A DNA stretch of 49,126 nt, taken from positions 1 to 49,126 of the forward strand of contig LSRY02000081.1 in the NCBI GenBank assembly GCA_001643675.2, given 5' to 3'. Made by a program: the position numbers and the translations under genes. The notes below the pieces were generated by a model that searched no databases, was not told the DNA's origin, and saw only the letters and a program-made list of their open reading frames with translations. Source of the stretch: Monocercomonoides exilis PA203 (taxonomy: Eukaryota > Protista > Preaxostyla). Position 1 is the first letter of the stretch; each line of letters begins with the position of its first letter. This document shows positions 39,958 through 49,126 of this stretch, in pieces.

Positions 39958-40210
39958 ATTTTGTTAATTCAGGGTTAGGGCCTGAGGATTTAAGAATATT
40001 TGATCCAACGGTTTCCTCTGAAGATTCATTCTTATCTTCTAGTTGATGATTGTTGATGTTGTTTGGATGTGTTATTCATTCATGTGTTATTCATTCAAGT
40101 TTTTGGCCAGCAAGTGGCAAATTTTTGAATGATGTTTCCATAAACCTGTTTTAACCATTTCAAAGTTTCAGTCTTTCATGTTGTTTGAAGTCATTTATGA
40201 AAAATGAAAA
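39958..40210 (+). pseudogene. USP paralog, 3' portion (continuation of 7722-9189)
   Basis: FVNSGLGPEDLRIFDP...GCVIHS...ND aligns with FVEKGPGPNDMEIKNP...GCIIHS...ND of the 17.3-kb paralog. Confidence 0.8.
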
Positions 40211-40889
40211 ATTAAAAATGAAAAATGGATTCAGAATCATTCGCTTTTTTAGCAAAATTTTCATTTCTTTTTTTTTCAAAAAAAAATTCTGTTTCTCTTT
40301 TTTTTTTTTTTTTTTGATTTTTAATTTTTGAGTATTTTCTCAATTAAAAAAATTCTGTCTTTTCGATTTATTATTTTTCTTTTTGTTTTTTTTTTTTTCA
40401 TAATAATAAATCATTGTTTGAATATTTATTCAATGACTCTTGTTTTGAAAAATGATAATTCACAATCGAAAATTAATTCAACTCTGTGAATAATTGTTCA
40501 TTATTTATTTTTACTTTATTATCAACAATATAAGGTCATTTGTTGTTTTCAAAAAAATATTTCATTCATCGAGAACTAATATGAAAGAAAAATAGATTAT
40601 TAATGAATAAACTTTTTAACAAAAATATATATATCCACAAAGAAGAAAGAATAAATAAATAATGTCATGTTTTTCATTAATAAACATAGTTCAAAAACAT
40701 TTAGTGATGAAAGAATTTGAAGACAAATTTTTTGGAAAATACAATATTTTTTTGTAATATTTATGTTGGGTGGAAATGAATTTTTCATAAATGTTCAGGA
40801 AAATATATTTAACTTAAAAATAATGCAAAAAGGATATTTTGTTGATATTTTTGTATATTTTCGAAAAATAATTAATCCTTTCCAAAAAA

Positions 40890-40962
40890 ATTGATTGATC
40901 ACAACTGCCCATAATTATATTTTTCGATTTTTGATCTTTTTTATGATATCAAAAAAACACCC
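40890..40962 (-). mobile_element. Type A terminus of a middle, oppositely oriented element
   Basis: TTTTCGATTTTTGATCTTTTTTATGATATCAAAAAAACACCC|ATTT is the reverse complement of the 9190 end. Confidence 0.8.
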
Positions 40963-43900
40963 ATTTATTTTTCTGTTTTTCTTATCACTGAATATTCATC
41001 AACTGTTGTTGAAACTCAACAATGAAGATATTGATATCAAAACAGTTATATATTGAATAGAAGAATAATAATAAGCATTTTCATTCAAAAATAAAACATT
41101 TTTAAGAGACAAAAATTTCAATGATATTTTTCTGATATGAGGTGTTAATTCAATGAAATATGAAAAAATTAATTTTCACCTTATTTGAAACAAACAAAAT
41201 TTAATCACGATTTTCTGATGACTTGAAAGCATTATTAAAGCAATAATATTCACAAATTAAATGAATAATATTCAAACAAATATCACATTCCCAAAATTAA
41301 TGATCATAATAAAACCAAATTATTTGTGCATTTTGGTCAACATTGAAAGTCACTTTTTCTGTACTTTACAAGCTGAAAATATCATTTTATGCTGTTTTAA
41401 GCAAAAAAATAAAATGACCAAAACGCCCATGATCTTATTAATAAATTTTAAAACATTCAAAATTCTTGATCATAAGTTAACCAAATTATTTGTGCGTTTT
41501 GGGCAAAAGTGGAGGAGGACTTTTCAACACCAGATAGTTGTTAAATATCATTTTATGTTGTTTCGAGCAAAAAAAATGAAATGCCCACAACGCCATGATC
41601 TTTTCAATTTATAAAATATTTTTAAGTGAAATGAAGAAAGACTATCAACTTGAAGATATTGCATGCAATTGATGAATATTTGATTTGACCGTTTAAAAAA
41701 TATAATGTTAGCTTGCAAAATATATAAGAAGTGTGCTTTTTTCGTGTGTTCACTCCTATTATTTCTTCATTTGAACAATTCATTTTCTGATTATCTCAAT
41801 TTCTTATTTTATTTGTTTTTTATGAAAACAGTTCATCATTTATCTTTTTTTGAAAAAGGTGCGCATTATTTCAATGAGTTTAATGGAACACCTTTCTGAA
41901 AAAACTGCTTTTTCTTTTTGTGTTGTTTGTTGTTCAAAGGGCTTTTCACTCTCTTTGATTATCATCATCAACAACAACAACCAACCCCAAATTATCAACA
42001 AGGGAATCGCTTTAAAAACTTCTGTAAATGCTTCTCCATCCAATCATCATTCATCAGGCTCGAAGGAGTTGGCTGATTCAAAAATTCACTGAACCGAAAA
42101 CAATGCTAAGTTTCACGGTTTATGTGAAACACAAAACATCCACAAGATCATAAAGAAGTTTCTCGAGATCACATATGAAAATGAGAAGATCATACAAGCG
42201 TGATCATGCAAATTCAAGTGAAGATCGCCAGAACACCAAAATCTACTGGATCTGATAGAATTCAAAGAGCAGTGAAATAATATTGTTCTTCATCTGTTTC
42301 ATTGTCTTTTTCCTCCACCTCCTCTTATTCTTTTTCGTTATCGTTTTTGTCATCTTTGGTATTTTTCTCTTCATCAAAGTGGGATTAGATGTGAAAGCCG
42401 CCTCCACTGTTGGAAAAAGACATGTATTACAAGCACAACTCCATCGCAACTTTCTTTTTCAATTTTTTTATTCCAACATTTTTAAGGGAGCATACTCAAA
42501 AACCGCAGAGGCTATAGGCATATCTGTGTACGACAGGAGGCTCAATCCAAAGAAAAGCGTCAAAGGAATTTTACTGGAAGGGCAGCTGCTGGAGACTGTG
42601 TGCTTCTTGCAGAGCGAAATAAAGCGCGTTGATTTTTCTCAGTTGGTAAAGGGGAAAGCAGAATTCGAAAGACAAACTTCAAATTTTGCACTCAAATCAA
42701 GTTTGTGTTCATACGCGATTTCTGATCGGGTCTACAATTTCTACGATCACGAAAGAGTGTTCATGAGCCCATATGACGAAATGACTGCGATACAACGTTC
42801 TGTTTCAAATGAGCCTTGCCTGACTGACATGGAACCCTCTGTCATTTCTTCAGAGCCCCAAAAAGGATTAGAATAAGTTGTAGATTCGAAAAGAGAAGCG
42901 TTGAGACAACTGTACGCAAGCTCATTGCAGAATCTTCCAATCTGCAAGACGTTGAGTTGACTATGCCGTTTGCATGGCATGAAAGCCCTGAGCCGCTCGA
43001 TGAGTTACTCGCTCAAACATCGAAAGAGAATGCAACAGCATAAAATGCGTTGCCTTTTGCATCATTATTATCAACAGCATCTACTGTTTCCTCGGAGCCC
43101 GGTTCTGCATCCTCCTCCTGCCTCTATTCCTCCTCACTGTAGCAGCAGCTTGTCTCCTCTCTCTGTCTTCTTTATGATGTTGATCACGCTTATCTTCAGC
43201 TCTTTAAAGCAACACCTGCTGGAAGCCTAGGGGGCACTGAAAAAGTGTCTGCCACACGCTCTGAAAAACGAGCAATGTTCGACTGCTTTTGTCTTAAGCG
43301 AATATCCTTTATCCACTTTTTGTTCATTCGTCTAGGAAGTTTTTGAAGAAGAAGAAGATATGGCCGGACCTTCTGAGATATTGGTGAAGCTATGTGTACT
43401 CACAGCGATGTGTGTTTAACAACATTGAGCGCATCCAGTTCCCCAACAACGAGCACGAATTTGAAGGCTGGCTGAACGTTGTGACTGTTCGGTGTTATTC
43501 GTCATCTTCTTCTTCATCTTCTTCTTCATCTTTTTCCTGAAGCACCTTGAAGAATCAACGGTGGTTGTGCAAGGATCGTACATTTCCCTTGAGAAATCTT
43601 CTGCGTTTCTTCCTCATGCTGTTCAAGTTATTCTGACTACTTCTGCTGGTTCTTACTTTTAAATAGGCGAAATGAGAATAATTCGGTTAACGACAGCTGC
43701 TGTGGTTCTGTGCGAAACGGCAATGTGAGAGATATCACAAACGTGTGAAATGATCTGGTCGTTGTAAGGCGATTCAGAAGGACGGAAAAGAGTGGAAGAA
43801 AACAATCTGTTAATCACAAAGGATTCACAATTGGAGATGGAGTACGATTGTTGATGTGGGTTGGAGGTTAAGGAGAAGAATGAAATGGAAAAAGATGCGG

Positions 43901-46900
43901 AAAATGTGAAGAGTGAGAAAGAGACTTTTGAAGGAGGAATGGATGAAGTCAATAGCAGAATGAATACAGAAAAAGAGGAGGCTGAAGTTAACGTTGTTGA
44001 TGGATTTGATTTTGACATAGGAATGGAGAATAACGAGATTGAGAATGAGATAGAAGGAGAGATGAATGTTGAAAGCGGAAAAGTTGAAAAGAAAGGAAAA
44101 GAAGTGAAAGAAAGATACGAAAATTTTTTCGTCAAAAGGATAGATGAAATGAATAAAAGAAGAAGAGAAAGAAGAAGAAGAAGAAAGCACAAACCCACTG
44201 TAATAAGCCACAAAGATCTGATGCAGATTCTCAGTGCGTTGAGTAAAAATCACCTGGATGTGACAACTCAGTCGCTGAACAATAAGAAAAAGCCATATTT
44301 TTCAGCTTTTTGTGCAATTTCAGCAAGAATTAATAAACCAAGCACATCTCAAGTGAAAGAAGGTTGTTCTTCTGGTTTGGTGAAGCTGTTGGATGAAAAT
44401 TTATCCAAAATTGTGAACGCAGTCACGGAAGAAAAAGAAGAGGAGGAAGAGGAAGTTGGAAATGGTAATAAAAATTAGATGAAAGACTTCAAAGGTGTGG
44501 AAGAGAATGGAAGTTGTCTGATGTGCAGCGCAAGAATCGCTGGTTTCATAATTGTTTATGTTTAAGATGGGAAAGAATTTGGTTCGACCTTCTCTTTTTC
44601 TTTGCTACAATATTAGAGTTCATCATCATCATCTTCTACTACTTCTTCCTCTTCTTGCTCTTCACAATCTTTCTCTTCTTCTCCTTCTTTTTCCCTTCTC
44701 ATCTTCATTCTTCGTCCCTCCTCTTCTTTTTTTTTCTTCTCCCCCAACCCCACTGACAATGCACCATCAACTCCACCTCCCTGTGTCTTGCGCTCTTTGA
44801 ACATTTCAACAGTTGCCACTTCTCCTCTGGACACGCACCATCGCACAACGCTGGCTGAATTGTGTTATAACTTTAGCATCTGCTGCTCTGCTCCGTAGGA
44901 TGCAGACGATGCAAAGGATACGTTAAGAGAGATGAAGATCTCATCTAAACCTCTGCCACCTGAGAAGAAATTGTAAACTTCTTCTGATTCTGCGTCTTCT
45001 TTGGAATTTGCTCCAGGATTTCGGCAACCCTCGGTTTCTTCTTTCTCTCATTCCTCGTCCTCTTCCCGCTTTGAAATCGTTGTTTTCTGCTTTATTGTGT
45101 TCCATTCATCATCAGCTTCTTCTCCACCATCGCCTCCTCCTTTTTCTTTATTCTTATTATCATCATCACCACCATCAATGCATTCTGTGGCTTCGCTGAA
45201 TGTGCATTTGAACTGTTTTCTTATTCCCCAGAGGCGTATTCCGCTCTTCTTCAGCACTTCGTTCAAGTTCCTTGCTCTGTCTGAGCTGAATGGGCTGAGT
45301 GAGAAGAATGGACATCGAATGAGAAATGGCAGAGGAAGAGGGAAGGAGCTTCAAGGCACATTGCGTTCATCCACTCGCTTTATCACACCGCTTAGAAGCG
45401 AAGAGAGAGGAGTTCAAGTTCAAATGGAAGAGGCAAAGAACGCGGAGCGCAAAAGCAAGTTGAGCGCAGAGCAGAAGAAAGGAAGGCAGAAGGAAGAGCC
45501 AAAGGCAAAGGCGAAGACGAAGGAGAAAGACGAGTTTTGCACATCACAAATTGATGCATTCGATACAAGGCTTCCACAGGCAGTAATAGAAAGGAGGAGG
45601 AGGGACAGGTGAAGAGAAGAAGGAGGTTATGATGAAGATGAATAGCAGCAGACATTTAACTCGTTTGACAGCGCACTCTCATCTGCCCAGCTGCACACTC
45701 AAAACATCACAGCCTCCTCAACATTAGCTACTCCTTCTTTAATTGTTCCCACACACACAATTGTCAGCCACTTCTGTTCTTGTTGGAACTCTGGCGAAGC
45801 CACAAACTCCTTCATTTTCTGCAACAGACTCTTATTAGCTCTTACTGAAGTCGCTATAAGCACAGAACATTTCTTAAACTTCTTTTTCTCTTTTTGCTCT
45901 AATATTTACATTCTTGCGGCTTTTTTTAAGTGCTGTTCTTGGGAAGAAGATATTTTTACAATCTGAAAATGCTTTGAAGCAAGAACATTCGAATCAGGGG
46001 CAATGTATTTGAGTGACAGTGAATTGTGCTGAACAATTGTGCATATGTTACAAGCGGATTCATGAAAGCGATGTTGAGTCCACCGGCATCGGAGCAGACG
46101 AAGTTGCTGTGGGAGAAGTGGTAATTCCAAACGGCAAGGCTGTTGTTTGTTAACTCACAGTTGTCGGCATGCGCGCAACTGCTGATCTTGGAGAGCAAGA
46201 TGTTAATGAAGAAGAAATTCATCATTCTAAAGGAGCTTCATGACAAATTTGACGTTGAATAAGAAGAATAGCGCTGTCTGTTTCAATGGAAAGATTAATA
46301 GCGTGAGATTTTAAACGGAGTTGCCAAATCCAACGTCAAGAATATGCAAGGCTGTGAAGTGCTGAAGAAGAAATTGAAGCGAGAGAGAAAAGATTCTGAA
46401 AGATGTCTGGAGGAATCCGTCGAAAAAGCAAAAGATTTAGAAGTTGATTGAAGCGAAGGAGGAGTGGAAGGAGAAGTGGAAAGAGGAGTGGAAGAGGAGT
46501 GGAAAGAGGAGTGGAAAGAGGAGTGAAATGAGGAGTGGAATGAGATGCGGATGCAGTTGTTGTTTAATGCAATATCAGCGAGCGGGAAAATACAAAGTGA
46601 ACAAAAACACGATTGTATAAGTTAGACCAAATTCGAATATTGGAAAGGGAATTTTGGAGGAAGATATGGATAAAAATTGCGGAGAAGGAGAAATAGAGGC
46701 CAAGCGGGGAGTAGCATAGCTTTACAGAGGAGCCTGTGTCTTTGAAGAGGAATATCCGGTGGGTGCGGAAGAAAAGTGATGAAAGGCAGGATGTTTAAGT
46801 CGAGGTATGGATCGGTGTGAGAGGAGTCAGAGCTTCAGATGGATGTTCTCACAGCAAGAGAAGGTTGGGTGAACTCAATGGAAAAGAGGGACTCACTCGT

Positions 46901-48142
46901 TTAGGCTGGGATATAGGAGCTCCGGAGAAAGAGGTACTTTCCTCGGAAGGCGTCGTTCAAGGCTATGAGGATGTTGAGAACGGAGACAAGGATTGGAGGA
47001 GCTTTAGCGGAGTGGATGCAGTCTATAAAGAGGTCGTCTCCTTCGGTCGACTTATCGCTCACATAGATGGTGAAAGGTCATGTTTTGGTAGCACAATCCA
47101 TTGCTCATTCGCTCTCAGCATTTCACATAAGAGCTGGCCCCTTGCATAAGAGCGTAATGTGGCCTTGTTTGCACATTCTCGTCTAAATACTGTTCTTGAT
47201 TCTGATTCAGGTTGCCTCAAAGCAGTTGAGTCGGTCAGAGCAGACGGGAAAACTGCCATGAGTGAAGAATCAATGGACTAAGTGAAAATGAATTGAAAGG
47301 ATACAAGTACTGTAAAAGTGGATATAGAAGAGATGTGGAGAAATAGTCCAGGCAAGGAGACAGCGAAGATGGAGTTGTTTAAATGAGTATACACCCTGCT
47401 TCTTCTTCAATCATCGCAAACGAAAGGAGTGTTTGCAGAGTCTGCATGGAAAATGAACAGCCAGATAAAAGATAAACTCAGCTTTCAAGGAAGGCTATGA
47501 CTAAGAGGTGGATGATGGAGGATAAAAGAGAATTGCTGAAAAGAAAAACATTTTAAAGGATTTGAGGACAAAATTCTCCAATTTCTTTTTATTCATTCGC
47601 ATTATTTCTTAGCAATTCTTTTTAACTTTGTTTGATCAATCCATTTAATAACTTCTTTCAAGTATTATTTGCTTTTGTGCAAAAACAAAAAGCAAACCGT
47701 TGTTTATTTGAATAATGTCATGGGTTTCTATTATATTTTTCATCTGTGATTAGAAAATTGTTCATTTTCAACAATTGTTTTAAGATCTTCAATATTAATA
47801 AATAAATTTCTTTTCAGTAACATCATAAATCAAATTTTTATATTAAAAAATTGATTATTTATGTATTGTTATAATAATTATCATGTTTTATTGACGTTTG
47901 AACGAGTATTTCGTTCTGTTTGCTTCAGTTTTGATATTTTTTGATTTAGAATAAAATGTTTTTCAAAATTTGTTTCAAAAATAATGAGAAACAAATTTTC
48001 ATCAACAAACAAATAAAAAATATTATTTTTAAGCAATCAATTATCAGGATCATCATTTTTATTTTTCTTTTCAACCAGATTCATAATGAAAATAATTTCT
48101 GATCAAACTTCGAAGTTTTTTATTATATCAAAAAAATCACCC
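40963..48142 (+). mobile_element. Right arm of an outer family member (7.2-kb copy 2), ending in a type B terminus
   Basis: Homologous to 32583-39764. It ends TATCAAAAAAATCACCC|AAAT, with a different flank from copy 1. Confidence 0.8.
41206..41603 (-). repeat. Third copy of the about 400-bp AAAGATCATGGC dimer arm
   Basis: Homologous to 32827-33221, with several substitutions. Confidence 0.9.
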
Positions 48143-48175
48143 AAATACAATTCTTTTTTCTCTTCCAATGCAAAT

Positions 48176-48211
<36 letters not shown>

Positions 48212-48299
48212 TAAAATGCATTAATGAATTTATAAATATATTAACACACCTCACATTGTTTAATGTTGCTCAAAGTTAGTATAGTTATTTCTCCTTCCT

Positions 48300-48750
48300 T
48301 CCGAACTTTTTACTTTCCTCTTTGTTCAATGCGACTTTCACAAGGTATGGCACGCACATCTGATATGGATCCAAAGAACGCAAGCCGTTAAGTGAAAATA
48401 AGCACTCGTCAAGATCAGTTTGAAGCTTTTCATTCTTTTCTTCTTTTTCATTTCTTCATAATCAATCATCTTCTCAAATCTTTCGTTCATCGAATATTTG
48501 TCAAAGCTTTCATTCCACTGGTTCAACTGCACATTTAAATATCCAATGCACTTCAGTGACAAAACTGCATTTCCAATTGATATTTTCTTTTCTTCAATCA
48601 TTTTGAATATTTAGTCAAAAAAATCTTTTTGAAAACAGATTTGAATTCTTCTTTATTCATTTCATCAATCACTCCATTCTCTTCAAGGATTATTTGCTTT
48701 TGAAATCCTCATTTCAATCTTCCAAACCAGAAAACAAATCTGTTCAAAAA
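48300..48750 (-). pseudogene. Degenerate member of an expanded Monocercomonoides-type helical protein family (host flank)
   Basis: IDEMNKEEFKSVF...MIEEKKISIGNAVLSLKCIGY...W...F...SMNERFEKMI is the pattern I recall from this large hypothetical family. Broken by frameshifts. Confidence 0.55.
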
Positions 48751-49126
48751 CAATGAAAAATTCAATCATCATGAATTCACATTCAACAACAATTTCACAC
48801 TTGTGATCTTTGTTGTTCTTTCACTCTGCAGTATTTTCTCAAATTCATTTCAACGAGAAAGTATCTTTAAAATATTTTTCGAACTTCATGCAAGAAAACT
48901 TTTGAAATGAAAATAAAATAACATGAAAACATTTATAACAAACAAAAGTATTTGCTCTCAAACTTGTTTTAACTGTATTTTTGTTTTCAACAAGCAAACG
49001 CTAAGATGTGAAGAAAATGAATTGATCATTTACATAAATGAATATTTGTCAATGCGAAATTTTCAAAAATAGAAAAATGTTTCAATAACATTGTTAAATA
49101 TTGTTTGTTGATAAAGTGTGAACCAA

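Noticed and set aside
39971-39980. AGGGTTAGGG resembling a telomeric repeat
   Set aside because: It is under two units long and is explained as the codons for S-G-L-G in the split USP gene.
9190-40962. Alternative pairing of the 9190 end with the 40962 end (both flanked by ATTT)
   Set aside because: Both are type A ends, and joining these flanks does not restore the USP frame, whereas pairing with 39957 does.
41261-41614. 117-aa ORF
   Set aside because: It lies entirely within the non-coding inverted-repeat arm, and no equivalent ORF is listed for the other arm copies.
32583-48142. Simple tandem segmental duplication
   Set aside because: The copy boundaries coincide with transposon termini and have different flanks, and the spacer contains the rest of the split USP gene. 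Nested insertion explains it better.

Overview
This is AT-rich eukaryotic DNA with short GT-AG introns, long Ser/Glu low-complexity tracts and decayed gene fragments. The gene families resemble those of oxymonad (Monocercomonoides-like) genomes, which is an inference. The main result is a 30,768-bp DNA transposon at 9190-39957, with a perfect 21-bp terminal inverted repeat (GGGTGATTTTTTTGATATCAT) and a 4-bp ATTT target-site duplication (TSD). Removing it restores the reading frame of a split ubiquitin-specific protease (USP) gene. The element encodes a Sola-like DDD transposase with a USP/C19 deubiquitinase domain embedded in the same gene (27872-31854). It also carries a second, transposase-less USP paralog (17280-20837) and several kb of host-like gene fragments. 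Each USP gene sits in its own cassette, bracketed by inverted AAAGATCATGGC repeats. The element appears to be the innermost of three nested relatives: a middle copy in the opposite orientation ends at 40962, and an outer copy has its right arm at 40963-48142. All five CACCC/GGGTG termini in the window abut AWWT. Most coding regions carry frameshifts (often in homopolymers) or in-frame stops. All family assignments come from motif recognition by eye; no database searches were run.
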